Source: Candidatus Kapaibacterium sp.
GTDB taxonomy: Bacteria > Bacteroidota > Ignavibacteria > Kapaibacteriales > UBA2268
Reading direction: 5' to 3'
Assembly (NCBI GenBank): GCA_013414795.1
Contig: CP058732.1
Span: forward strand, 1,161,744 to 1,225,743
Length of the DNA: 64,000 nucleotides
The translations under genes were made by a program, and so were the position numbers. Under the pieces are notes generated by a model. The model was not told the origin of the DNA and searched no databases. It saw only the letters and a list, made by a program, of their open reading frames with translations. The stretch's first letter is position 1; each line of letters begins with the position of its first letter. Positions 36,897 through 46,757 of the stretch are shown here, in pieces.

Positions 36897-38540
36897 ATGA
36901 AAATCAATAGATTTTTCCTTTCTTTGTTATTTTATTTTATCACGATTTTTCCAATCTTTGCACACGATGACATTAAATGCCTAACTTTTCCCATCAGAAA
37001 AAACGAAAAGTTGAAGGAGCAAATTCAAAGCATAGTTAATTTTGATTCTACTGGTAGACCCAAAAATCAATGCGTTGCAATTTCCCCTAATCGACTTTTT
37101 GCTGTTCACTACGATACCTCGGGTCCGAACAAAGTCCCGTCTCTTGATGTCAATCACAACGGAATTCCCGATTATGTCGACTCGGCTTTGTATTATTTGG
37201 AGCGTGCGTATTATTTTTATGTTGATACACTTGGTTTCGACCCACCACCGACGGATAGTGGAAGAGGTGGCGGGGATGAATATGACTTTTACCTCTGGGA
37301 AATTGGAAATGGATTCTACAAGGAAGTCGCCTATGGTTGGACTGTTTGCGACCTGGAAATCAAAACTCCAAATATTTACTCTAAATATGCTTGCTTTTCT
37401 GTGATTGATAATGACTACAGTCCAAATGATACAACTTTTTTCACTTCTGGGAATAAAAGACAAACTTATAGAGAAACTGGCTATCTTGGGCTGAAAATAA
37501 CCACTGCACACGAACTGCACCATTTGTTCCAATTTGGCTATGGCGATCCTCTCTTTCCATCAATCAATGAGATGACGAGTACGTTTATGGAATGGCGGGT
37601 TTGGCCCGAAACAAAGGATTACCTGCAATTTGTTAAAAGTTTGTTCAGCGATTTCTCCAAATATATTCTTTCCGACCCGACCTATTACGTTGGTTATCGG
37701 TATGCAATTTTTTTACAGTATATTCAAAAAAGATTTGGTGACCAACCGATTGTCGAACTTTGGCGTAACATTGGCAGAGGAAACAATCCAATGCTTTCGC
37801 TTGAACTTGCTTTAAAACAAAAAGGAAGTTCACTTTCAGAATCAGTTGCAAACTTTTTGCCTTATATATATTATTCTGGAACAAATTTCAAACCAAATTA
37901 TCTTCCAAATGCAGAACTTTTCCCTCCAATAAAATACAATTATGAAAATGTTTTCGACGGTTCGCTATTACTTTCGCAAAGATTGAAACCGCTCGAAATT
38001 CGACCATTGCGTATTTTTTTCCCAGCAGAAGACCCAGAAACGCTCGACGACACTCTTGTTATTCTTCTTGCTAACATCGATTCTAAAAACGCTATTCAAC
38101 AATTTTTAGATTCCTTAAAAGAGTGTACAATCGTTCTTTCTAAAACAAATTCAAGCGGAATTCAACTTTACCCAAGAGAAATTTATTACGATTTGCTTGG
38201 CGAAAAAAATCTTTTTGCCGATTCTTTGTACTTGAGTTTTGGATATAAGACATATTCAATTTCCTATGCTTTTCCAAATCCTTGGAGAAGAGGCAAAGAA
38301 CCAATATCTTTCCCCGTCCCCGATAAAGTTAGTTTAAAAGATGTTGTTGACTTTCGTATCTATGACTCCCATCTTCAAGAGATACCATTACCAACAAGTA
38401 AGCAAAATGTTTCAATTGTGGATAAAAGAAGGGTAATTCATTTCGATACATTTCCGATTGAACTTTCCTCTGGTGTGTACTTTTTCAAAGTCAAATTTGA
38501 GGATAGCGAAGTTTTTGGCAAATTTTCCGTTATTTACTAA
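36897..38540 (+). CDS. secreted putative zinc metalloprotease (HExxH) with T9SS-type C-terminal domain
   Basis: Signal peptide FLSLLFYFITIFPIFA. Zincin-like motif HELHHLFQFGYGD. The C-terminal ~70 aa end ...SSGVYFFKVKFEDSEVFGKFSVIY, resembling a Por-secretion CTD. Confidence 0.5.
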   Translation: MKINRFFLSLLFYFITIFPIFAHDDIKCLTFPIRKNEKLKEQIQSIVNFDSTGRPKNQCVAISPNRLFAVHYDTSGPNKVPSLDVNHNGIPDYVDSALYYLERAYYFYVDTLGFDPPPTDSGRGGGDEYDFYLWEIGNGFYKEVAYGWTVCDLEIKTPNIYSKYACFSVIDNDYSPNDTTFFTSGNKRQTYRETGYLGLKITTAHELHHLFQFGYGDPLFPSINEMTSTFMEWRVWPETKDYLQFVKSLFSDFSKYILSDPTYYVGYRYAIFLQYIQKRFGDQPIVELWRNIGRGNNPMLSLELALKQKGSSLSESVANFLPYIYYSGTNFKPNYLPNAELFPPIKYNYENVFDGSLLLSQRLKPLEIRPLRIFFPAEDPETLDDTLVILLANIDSKNAIQQFLDSLKECTIVLSKTNSSGIQLYPREIYYDLLGEKNLFADSLYLSFGYKTYSISYAFPNPWRRGKEPISFPVPDKVSLKDVVDFRIYDSHLQEIPLPTSKQNVSIVDKRRVIHFDTFPIELSSGVYFFKVKFEDSEVFGKFSVIY

Positions 38541-38596
38541 TACATCCCTTTGGTTGAGAGCATATTTCGTAATTTTGCTTTTTTTAAGATAAGAAA

Positions 38597-39328
38597 ATGG
38601 TTACTTTAAATGTTAACGTAGACCATATTGCTACCTTGCGACAAGCACGCGGTGGAAACGAGCCCGACCCAGTGGCTGCTGCGGTAATCTGTGAACTTGC
38701 GGGCGCCAATGGAATAGTGTGCCACTTACGTGAAGACCGACGACACATTCAAGACCGCGATGTTGAATTGCTTCGCCAAGTAGTTTCGACAAAACTCGAC
38801 CTTGAAATGGCTGCTGTGGAGGAAATAATTAACATTGCATTAAGAATTAAGCCCGACCTTGTAACGATTGTTCCCGAAAAGCGTATGGAATTGACAACAG
38901 AAGGTGGGCTCGATGTTGCAAAAGATATTCCTCGATTCAAAGAACTTGTCGCAAGAATGCACCAAAGCGGGATTGAAGTTAGTTTCTTTATTGAACCAGA
39001 ATTAAAGCAAATAGATGCAGTGCTTGAGACTGGAGCGGAAATTGTTGAACTTCATACTGGCGTTTATTCAAATTTGAGGGACATAAAGCAAATCAAATTA
39101 GAACTTGAACGATTGAAAAAAGCGGCAGATTATGCAAAAAATTCTGGTTTGAGAGTTGTTGCTGGTCATGGATTAAATTATCGCAACGTTTTCGACATCT
39201 GTCTTATTTCATCGATTGAGGAATTAAGCATTGGACATTCTATTATTTCCCGAGCCGCTTTCGTTGGTTTGGAGCGGGCAGTTCGGGAAATGATTGATGC
39301 AATAAATTATGCTGTTCTATCAAGGTAG
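38597..39328 (+). CDS. pdxJ: pyridoxine 5'-phosphate synthase
   Basis: [35 protein letters not shown] and GLNYRNV are hallmark PdxJ motifs. Confidence 0.9.
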   Translation: MVTLNVNVDHIATLRQARGGNEPDPVAAAVICELAGANGIVCHLREDRRHIQDRDVELLRQVVSTKLDLEMAAVEEIINIALRIKPDLVTIVPEKRMELTTEGGLDVAKDIPRFKELVARMHQSGIEVSFFIEPELKQIDAVLETGAEIVELHTGVYSNLRDIKQIKLELERLKKAADYAKNSGLRVVAGHGLNYRNVFDICLISSIEELSIGHSIISRAAFVGLERAVREMIDAINYAVLSR

Positions 39329-39334
39329 CCTTAA

Positions 39335-41272
39335 ATGTGTGGTATAGTCGGGGTTCTATCATTTAATAAAACTAAACAAAGCAGTATTGTTAACCCCGAC
39401 ATACTCAAAAAAATGTCCGATGTGATTTACCATCGAGGTCCCGATAGCAACGGGATTTGGGTTTCGAAAGAATTCGAGTGTGGTTTTGCTTTTCGCCGTC
39501 TTTCGATTATCGATTTAACTCCCGCTGGCAACCAACCAATGAGTACTTCTGATTTCAGCGTTACAATTGTTTTCAATGGTGAAATCTATAATTATTTGCA
39601 AATCCGCGAGGAATTGAAACAAAAAGGCTATTCGTTTCGCTCTCGAACCGATACCGAGGTAATACTTTACGGATACAAAGAGTGGGGAACATCAATTGTC
39701 AAGAAGTTATCTGGAATGTTTGCTTTTGTTCTTTGGGACGAAGAAAGGAAACTTCTTTTTGGAGCACGCGATAGGCTTGGAAAGAAACCCTTATATTATT
39801 TCCGCAATTCTGATTGCTTTATTTTCGCTTCTGAAATAAAATCATTAATTCTCCACCCTTTGTTGCAAAAAGAAATTAACATTGATGAAATAGGTAATTA
39901 TTTAAATTTTGGGACAAGTTCCAACCGAGCAACGTTGTTCAAAAATATTTTTAAAATACCGCCATCACATTTTTTTACTCTCGATTCAAAGGGAAATTTT
40001 AATATCGAACGCTATTGGAATCCCTTTGTTTTGGGAATAAACACAGAAATTAATGAAAATGATGCAAAGAATGAGATAATCAATCTCCTTCGGGTTGCCA
40101 TAAAAGACAGAATGATGAGCGATGTACCATTTGGTGTATTCTTAAGTGGTGGAATTGATTCGAGTTTGAATGTTGCATTAATGTCCGAGTTGATGGACCG
40201 ACCAGTTGATACTTTTACTGTTGGGTTCAAGGAGTTGCAAAAGTACAATGAATTGGAATATGCCCGCAAAATTGTTGAAATTTTCCGAACAAACCACCAC
40301 GAAATACTTATTGATAGTAAAGATGCATTCGAGGTACTATATGATTTAGTCTGGTACGAAGACGAACCAAATGCCGACCCAGTCTGCATTCCGCTTTATT
40401 TTTTAAGTAAACTTACTCGTTCCTCTGGAACGATTGTCGTACAAGTTGGCGAAGGAAGCGACGAGCAATTTGTTGGATACAACTGGTTGCTTCGTGATTA
40501 CAAATTTTACCACACTTTTTGGAAGTTTTTCGTTTCTTTGCCAAAGTTTTTGCGAAAATCAATTTACGAAACTTCCAAGCCATTTTTAAAAGCAATCAAT
40601 CAGCATCTTCCATTGGATTTTATTCGAAGAGCCACCCAAGACGAGGAATACTATTGGAGCGGAATTTCAATTTTTCCACCCGAAGAGATGAGAGTACTTT
40701 TAAAAAAGAAATTTCAATGGATTGCTGAAAAACCTTGGGAGTATGTTGGCGATTTACTTGCCAATGCAACTAAATTAAGTCAAGGCAATTTGAATTTCTT
40801 GCAATGGGTTCTGTTCGCCGAAATTTCCCAAAGATTGCCCGAACTTCTATTAATGCGAGTGGATAAGATGGGAATGGCAAATAGCATCGAAGCGAGAGTG
40901 CCTTTTCTCGACTACCGTTTAATTGAATTCACTATGTCTTTGCCCGAGAAGTTGAAAGTCCCAAATGGGAAAACAACGAAATATTTGTTGAAAAAAGCTG
41001 TGGAGGGAATTCTTCCCGATGAGATAATTTATCGCAAGAAACAAGGTTTTTGGGCTCCAATTAATGAATGGTTGCGAAACGAGTGGTTCGAATTTGCCTC
41101 CGCCCGCATAAATAATTCTAATTTATTCAAAAACCTATTTGAAGAAAAATATTTGAATTTTATTTTGAATCAACACAAAAATGGCAAAGGGAAGTACGGT
41201 TTTAGAATTTTTACTCTTTTAAATCTTGCTCTTTGGTACGAAAAGTTTTTCGACAATCAAAAAATTGAGTAA
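39335..41272 (+). CDS. asnB: asparagine synthase (glutamine-hydrolysing)
   Basis: 645 aa. The N-terminal MCGIVG provides the Ntn amidotransferase Cys. The PP-loop is SGGIDSS. Confidence 0.9.
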   Translation: MCGIVGVLSFNKTKQSSIVNPDILKKMSDVIYHRGPDSNGIWVSKEFECGFAFRRLSIIDLTPAGNQPMSTSDFSVTIVFNGEIYNYLQIREELKQKGYSFRSRTDTEVILYGYKEWGTSIVKKLSGMFAFVLWDEERKLLFGARDRLGKKPLYYFRNSDCFIFASEIKSLILHPLLQKEINIDEIGNYLNFGTSSNRATLFKNIFKIPPSHFFTLDSKGNFNIERYWNPFVLGINTEINENDAKNEIINLLRVAIKDRMMSDVPFGVFLSGGIDSSLNVALMSELMDRPVDTFTVGFKELQKYNELEYARKIVEIFRTNHHEILIDSKDAFEVLYDLVWYEDEPNADPVCIPLYFLSKLTRSSGTIVVQVGEGSDEQFVGYNWLLRDYKFYHTFWKFFVSLPKFLRKSIYETSKPFLKAINQHLPLDFIRRATQDEEYYWSGISIFPPEEMRVLLKKKFQWIAEKPWEYVGDLLANATKLSQGNLNFLQWVLFAEISQRLPELLLMRVDKMGMANSIEARVPFLDYRLIEFTMSLPEKLKVPNGKTTKYLLKKAVEGILPDEIIYRKKQGFWAPINEWLRNEWFEFASARINNSNLFKNLFEEKYLNFILNQHKNGKGKYGFRIFTLLNLALWYEKFFDNQKIE

Positions 41273-41301
41273 TTCTAATTTTGTTACCTATCTATTTATT
41301 C

Positions 41302-41925
41302 TCAAAAAATATGTTTTATTGTTTGGATAAAGTATTCAACAATATTTGGAAACATAACGATTGTAATGACAAGACCCCAAACTGCTCCCCAAAAATGTGC
41401 TTCGTGGTTGATATTCGTCGAATGATATTTTGAAGCATAAACGCAATAGCCAAGATAGATTAATGCAAAAATAGGTGCGGGAATCCCGATTGGGATAAAA
41501 AACATATATATTCTTGATGTTGGATAGAACAAAATAAAACTGAAAAGAACTCCTGCTATTGCCCCAGAAGCACCAAGCGAGTAATAATTTGGATTGTCTT
41601 TGTTTTTAACAATTGATGGAATCGAAGCAACTATTCCAGCGGTTATGAAAACCAAAGCGAAACGTTCGCTACCAATTGCAAACTCGAGTTGGGGAGCAAA
41701 AAAGTAAAAGGTCAATGCGTTGAATAGTAAATGCATCCAATCGAGGTGAATAAAAATATGTGTAACGATTTGATAGTATTTTCTATAATGAACAGTCGAA
41801 TATGGATTTAGGGAAAACTTTATTAAGATTTGGTTTGGCGAGCCAAACCCAATCAAACTCGAAACAATAATTATTGCCAAAATGGTTAGTGAAACTGGCG
41901 AATCAAGTAAATTCATAAGCAACAA
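41302..41925 (-). CDS. rhomboid-family intramembrane serine protease
   Basis: Six TM helices. The GASGAIAGVLF motif (GxSG) and a downstream His in TM6 are present. Confidence 0.75.
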   Translation of the reverse strand: MLLMNLLDSPVSLTILAIIIVSSLIGFGSPNQILIKFSLNPYSTVHYRKYYQIVTHIFIHLDWMHLLFNALTFYFFAPQLEFAIGSERFALVFITAGIVASIPSIVKNKDNPNYYSLGASGAIAGVLFSFILFYPTSRIYMFFIPIGIPAPIFALIYLGYCVYASKYHSTNINHEAHFWGAVWGLVITIVMFPNIVEYFIQTIKHIF

Positions 41926-41943
41926 ACAAATTTTGTTAGAAAA

Positions 41944-43491
41944 CTAACACTTATGCAAGTTTCTATGCATTATTCTTCTGGATTCGATTAGTCTTTCCTC
42001 CTCGGGCAATGAAATTAAGCGAGAGTTCAAATCTTTGTCGTTTTCGGAAAGGAGAATCTTTGCATAGTAGTCGATAACTTTTGGTGGAAAAATGCCATCC
42101 CGTTCGTAATGATGTCGCTTTTGAAGAAGTTTCTCCGCAGATTCCACGCAACTTTTGCCAAGCACTTCCAAATCCTTTTGTAATGAATTTGGGTCATCCG
42201 TAACTTTGTAATGTTCAGCCAGTTGCAAAGAACGTTGTGGATTGCTCAATCCCCATTCTATTGCTAAAATTAAGCCAGAAAGTATAAGATGTATTAAAGC
42301 ACTACCATCTGGACTTCTAAATTCAATTGTTTGACGGTTGTCTTCATATTCCAACGTTTCGGTTTCTTGTGGATTTATTTTTTTTGCAAGGTTATTTGCT
42401 TTCGTCCAAGCCAAAGGAATTCTAATGAGCGAACTTCTATTCGACGGACTCCAACAAACTTTTGTTGGTGCTTCTTGACCTGGGACTAGGCGGAGGTAGG
42501 AAGCAGCGACTGTATTACCAAATGCAGTTAGGCTTGGTGCATAGTGGCAAAGTCCACCGATAGCCATCAAAGCCTCTTGGGATAAATTACCGCTTGGGTC
42601 TAATAGTATGTTTTTGCCATTCTTTGTCAAAGCAAGATGGAAATGCAGACCATTGCCAGCGTGTCCTGGGTCGATTTTTGGGAAAAATGTTGCAATGGAA
42701 TTGTATTGGTATGCAACGTTTCGAATAATCCAGGTTGAAAGAACAAGGTCGTAGGCAAGTTCTTCAATATCTGTTAAGTGAAATTCAATTTCAACTTGTT
42801 CTGCAGATTTTCCGCTCAATTCGGGAATTTCGCTCTGTATATTTTCAATGTAACCAACTTCGTTGTGAGAGTATTTTATTGAATTTGTAATCTTTGCAAT
42901 AATTGAGGCAATTTCGCTGACGATATGCGTTGTTTTCGCAAAGGGCGGACTGCTATGGTAACCTTGTTGTTTGCCCAAAATATACATTCTTTTGGGCATA
43001 TCGTAAATTAGATAGAATTCCAATTCCCCCAAGGCTTTTAAATTCAAACCAGTTTTGGATTTGAAATATTCATTTGCCCTTGCAAGAATGTTGTCTGGAG
43101 TGAAATTTGCTGGAATTCCATCTTTATCAAAAAAGCGACAGAAGAAATCCAAACTTTTGTTGTCAAATGGATTAATAAATGCACTTTTGTAAATTGGAAC
43201 GACATAGAGGTCGGAAGAACCAACTTCGACAATTCCCTTGAACAAAGAGGAGCCATCAACACGTTCACCGTCGGCAAGTACTGATTCAACTTGGAACTTG
43301 TTTTGTATTGGGATTTGCATTTGACGTGGCTTGCCGTCGGAGGCAACATAATGGAAAGTTATTCTTTCAAGTTGTAAAGTTTGGATAACTTTTAAAAAAT
43401 CTTTTCTTGTCCATTCATTTTTGGGTTTTCCAGTGATTGCTGATATTTGATTTTCTAAAACAAAATATAAATTTGTATTTTGCATAACCAT
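41944..43491 (-). CDS. glutamine synthetase family protein
   Basis: GS catalytic motifs GNGLHFHLAL and NRSSLIRIPL are present, with an N-terminal beta-grasp domain. At 515 aa its length is atypical. Confidence 0.7.
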   Translation of the reverse strand: MVMQNTNLYFVLENQISAITGKPKNEWTRKDFLKVIQTLQLERITFHYVASDGKPRQMQIPIQNKFQVESVLADGERVDGSSLFKGIVEVGSSDLYVVPIYKSAFINPFDNKSLDFFCRFFDKDGIPANFTPDNILARANEYFKSKTGLNLKALGELEFYLIYDMPKRMYILGKQQGYHSSPPFAKTTHIVSEIASIIAKITNSIKYSHNEVGYIENIQSEIPELSGKSAEQVEIEFHLTDIEELAYDLVLSTWIIRNVAYQYNSIATFFPKIDPGHAGNGLHFHLALTKNGKNILLDPSGNLSQEALMAIGGLCHYAPSLTAFGNTVAASYLRLVPGQEAPTKVCWSPSNRSSLIRIPLAWTKANNLAKKINPQETETLEYEDNRQTIEFRSPDGSALIHLILSGLILAIEWGLSNPQRSLQLAEHYKVTDDPNSLQKDLEVLGKSCVESAEKLLQKRHHYERDGIFPPKVIDYYAKILLSENDKDLNSRLISLPEEERLIESRRIMHRNLHKC

Positions 43492-43557
43492 TTAGAAACT
43501 TTTGTTCAACAAAAAAAGCAAGTTATGTAAAAAAAATAAAACAAAGGCTTATAATAA

Positions 43558-43926
43558 ATGGATTTGTTACAAATTCGTGAATATTGCCTTTCTAAACCTT
43601 TTGCTGTCGAGGATTTCCCTTTCGACGAAGAAACACTTGTCTTCAAAGTCTTTGGGAAAATGTTTGCCCTTGTTGATTTGTATTCAATCCCAGCGTGGAT
43701 GAATTTGAAAGTTCCTCCAGAGGATGTGGTTTACCTTGTAGAAAGGTATGACTTTATAAAACCAGGCTATCATATGAACAAAAAGTACTGGATTACTGTC
43801 CAAATCGTCGATAATATCTCGGACAATTTCTTAATGAATTTGATTGACACTTCGTATAACGAGGTGGTCAAAAAGTTGGCCAAATTTAGACAAAAGTTAA
43901 TCGAGGAAAGTTTGAAGAATGGTTAA
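43558..43926 (+). CDS. MmcQ/YjbR-family protein
   Basis: 122 aa. CLSKPFAVEDFPFDEETLVFKVFGKMFAL...KPGYHMNKKYWITV resembles YjbR/MmcQ proteins. Confidence 0.6.
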   Translation: MDLLQIREYCLSKPFAVEDFPFDEETLVFKVFGKMFALVDLYSIPAWMNLKVPPEDVVYLVERYDFIKPGYHMNKKYWITVQIVDNISDNFLMNLIDTSYNEVVKKLAKFRQKLIEESLKNG

Positions 43927-44929
43927 TCAAAGCGAAAGAGAATATTTAGCAGAAAAAATAAAAGAACATTTGGGCTGGAAGGTTAATCCTCTGCGAATTA
44001 AAATATTTACAGATACATCTGATTGGATGCGAATTGCCAGAGGAGACATTATTAGATTGAACTGTGGCGACTATCTTGTAAAGGGCAATATGCGAGAGCC
44101 AAGGTTTGGAATTGATGACCAGCCGAAATATTGGGTTTTCAATGCAATTGATTTAAAAGATAATTCAGAGAAAATAATTAAAACGGTATTTCACGAGGAA
44201 TTTTATGCTCATATTGGATTTTTAAGGATTCGTTGCTACCGAAACCCCGAAAAAGAAGGCGAAGTTCTGAAAATCGTTCAAGGGGACAAAAGATTTATGC
44301 AAGGATTTGTGTGTTTTGATGAAAAGGGCAATGCTGTGCGAATAATTGATTTCATCAAAGGTACCTCCTTTTTTAATTTTGTTCCAATGATAAATAAGAA
44401 CCACGAGGAGTATTTCTTCGAGGATTTGCCATATATTCTTTGGAAATTGAAAGAATCGTTCGAAGCGATTAATTTTTTGCACGAACACAAACTGTGTCAC
44501 GGCGATATACGAAACGACCATATTATAGTTGAAACCGAAACTGGGCTTTATCGTTGGATTGACTTTGACCTTATGCAAGATGTTTCCGACTTCGACCTTT
44601 GGAGTTGTGGTAATATTGTTTCTTACGCTGTTGCCAAGGGTTTGAAAACATTCGACCAAGTGCTTAAAGGCAATGAGTTTCCAAATGAAGTTAAATTAAG
44701 TTTGACCGCGGAGGATGCCTCGGCATTTTACAATTATCGAATTATGAATCTTAAAAAGTTATATCCTTATATCCCAATAAAATTGAACAAAATACTTCTT
44801 CATTTTACGATGAAGCCTATTGCTTTTTACAACAATATCCGTGAATTTTTGGAGGATTACACGGAAATGCTCGAAACAGAATTTCCAATAAAGGATAAAA
44901 CAAATATTGTTAAAAGAGATGAGAAATGA
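43919..44929 (+). CDS. protein-kinase-like fold protein of uncertain activity
   Basis: The catalytic-loop-like motif LCHGDIRNDHIIV and a DFG-like WIDFDL are present. It overlaps the upstream gene by 8 nt and the downstream HK start by ATGA. Confidence 0.5.
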   Translation: MVNQSEREYLAEKIKEHLGWKVNPLRIKIFTDTSDWMRIARGDIIRLNCGDYLVKGNMREPRFGIDDQPKYWVFNAIDLKDNSEKIIKTVFHEEFYAHIGFLRIRCYRNPEKEGEVLKIVQGDKRFMQGFVCFDEKGNAVRIIDFIKGTSFFNFVPMINKNHEEYFFEDLPYILWKLKESFEAINFLHEHKLCHGDIRNDHIIVETETGLYRWIDFDLMQDVSDFDLWSCGNIVSYAVAKGLKTFDQVLKGNEFPNEVKLSLTAEDASAFYNYRIMNLKKLYPYIPIKLNKILLHFTMKPIAFYNNIREFLEDYTEMLETEFPIKDKTNIVKRDEK

Positions 44930-46755
44930 ATGCAATTATCATCGGTGGTGGTAAAGGTTGCTATGCGATATTAAAGTTACTTCGAGAGAAGCCAATCAAG
45001 GAATTGAATTTGCAAGTGCTTGGTGTTGTCGATATCAATCCAGAAGCAGAAGGTTTGAAATATGCTAAAGAATTGGGTTTGAAAACATTTTCAAACTATA
45101 AAGAAGCATTGAATTCTTTGGATGTAGAGGTTGTAATTGAATTAACTGGTAACAACGAATTCGTGAAAAAATTAAAACAAGAGTTAAGCCCAGAAATAAA
45201 ATTAATAGAACACTCGATTGCTCATATTTTCTGGGATTTAATGTATGCACACGAGGAACTCGATAAAAAAATAGAGGATTTACAAAGGCTTGAAAAAGTT
45301 ATCGAAAACGATAATGTTTTCTTGAAGTCAATCTTCGATAGTTTTCAAGATTTAACAGTAGTTATGGATTTAGAACAGCGAATTACTCGGGCAAACAAAG
45401 CCTTTTGCGAATTTGTGGGTTTACCAGAAGAGAAAGTGATTGGGCAAAAATGTTATCATTTATTGGAGATTGCTGAAATAAATTGTGATAAAAAAGGTTT
45501 GGAAGAAATAATTAATTACATCAAAGAAACAAAAAAACCGCATACGATGGTTCATTACTCTGCACAGCCAAAAGAATCTTATTGGGAAGTAACTCGTTCT
45601 CCTATTTTTGATGTACAAGGCGAAGTGAAGTTTATTCTATCTAACTGGCATAGGATAACAGAACTTGTGTATTTAAAGCGGGAAGTTGAAACGCTTGAAC
45701 AAAAATTGAAGAGTTTTATTAATAATGCCCAAGACTGGATTAGTATGAAAAACCTTAATGGTGAATACATTCTTGTAAATCCAGTTATTGCAAAAGCATT
45801 TGGAAAGCAACCAGAGGACTTTATTGGGAAAAAACCAGAAGATGTTTTACCAATGAAAATTGCACAAACCGTGAAAGCACACGACAGCGAAGTTCTTCGC
45901 ACGGGGAAAGCAATCCTTTACGACGAAACTATTACGCTTAACGGGGAAGAACATTATTTTCGTATGCTTCGGTTTCCACTTACCGATTCCCAAGGTAAAA
46001 TCATCGGAACTTGTACGATTGGACGGGATGCAACGAACGAAATTCAATTAATGGAGAAATTGGTGCAAAGCGAAAAACTTGTTGCTCTTGGAAAACTTGC
46101 CGCAGGCGTTGCCCACGAAATCAATAATCCGCTTACTGGAATTCTTTCTTATGCAGAGAGTATTTCAGAAGAATTGGACAAGGACAATCCATTGCAAGAA
46201 GACATTGCAATTATTATTCGTGAAACGCTACGCTGTCGGGATATTGTTCGAAATCTCCTCGATTTTGCAAAGCAAAGCACACCCAAATTCGAAATAGTAA
46301 ATCCAAATTCAATTATTAAACAATCGTTAGATTTGATCAGCCGTTTACCACAGTTTAAGGATATTGAAATCGAAGTCCTTCTCGATGAAAAAGTTCCCCA
46401 GATAAAAGCCGATGCAAAGCAAATACAGCAAGTCATACTCAATTTCTTGATAAACGCTGCTGATGCTATGAAATACAAGGGAAAGATAACTATATCGACC
46501 GAATATTATCGCCAGCAAAAGAAGTGTATCATTTCGGTTGAGGATACTGGTCCTGGTATCCCAGAAAATCTAATGGACAAAATTTTCGAGCCATTTTTCT
46601 CGACCAAAAGTACAAGTGGTTTAGGACTGGCTGTGAGTTGGGGAATTATCGAGCGACACCACGGAACAATTGAGGTCGACACTGCACCATCGGGGGGTGC
46701 AATATTTAGGATACTTCTCCCAGCATATTTTGAAATTGTTGATAAATTGGAATAA
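44926..46755 (+). CDS. cytoplasmic sensor histidine kinase: N-terminal Rossmann (Gfo/Idh/MocA-like NAD(P)-binding) domain, two PAS domains, HisKA, HATPase_c
   Basis: N-terminal IIIGGGKGCYAILKLL...LQVLGVVDINPEAEGLKYAKELGL...SNYKEAL...VEVVIELTGNNEF. The H-box is VAHEINNPLTGI, and the ATP lid has DTGPGIP and GLGLAV. No TM segments. Confidence 0.85.
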   Translation: MNAIIIGGGKGCYAILKLLREKPIKELNLQVLGVVDINPEAEGLKYAKELGLKTFSNYKEALNSLDVEVVIELTGNNEFVKKLKQELSPEIKLIEHSIAHIFWDLMYAHEELDKKIEDLQRLEKVIENDNVFLKSIFDSFQDLTVVMDLEQRITRANKAFCEFVGLPEEKVIGQKCYHLLEIAEINCDKKGLEEIINYIKETKKPHTMVHYSAQPKESYWEVTRSPIFDVQGEVKFILSNWHRITELVYLKREVETLEQKLKSFINNAQDWISMKNLNGEYILVNPVIAKAFGKQPEDFIGKKPEDVLPMKIAQTVKAHDSEVLRTGKAILYDETITLNGEEHYFRMLRFPLTDSQGKIIGTCTIGRDATNEIQLMEKLVQSEKLVALGKLAAGVAHEINNPLTGILSYAESISEELDKDNPLQEDIAIIIRETLRCRDIVRNLLDFAKQSTPKFEIVNPNSIIKQSLDLISRLPQFKDIEIEVLLDEKVPQIKADAKQIQQVILNFLINAADAMKYKGKITISTEYYRQQKKCIISVEDTGPGIPENLMDKIFEPFFSTKSTSGLGLAVSWGIIERHHGTIEVDTAPSGGAIFRILLPAYFEIVDKLE

Positions 46756-46757
46756 AT

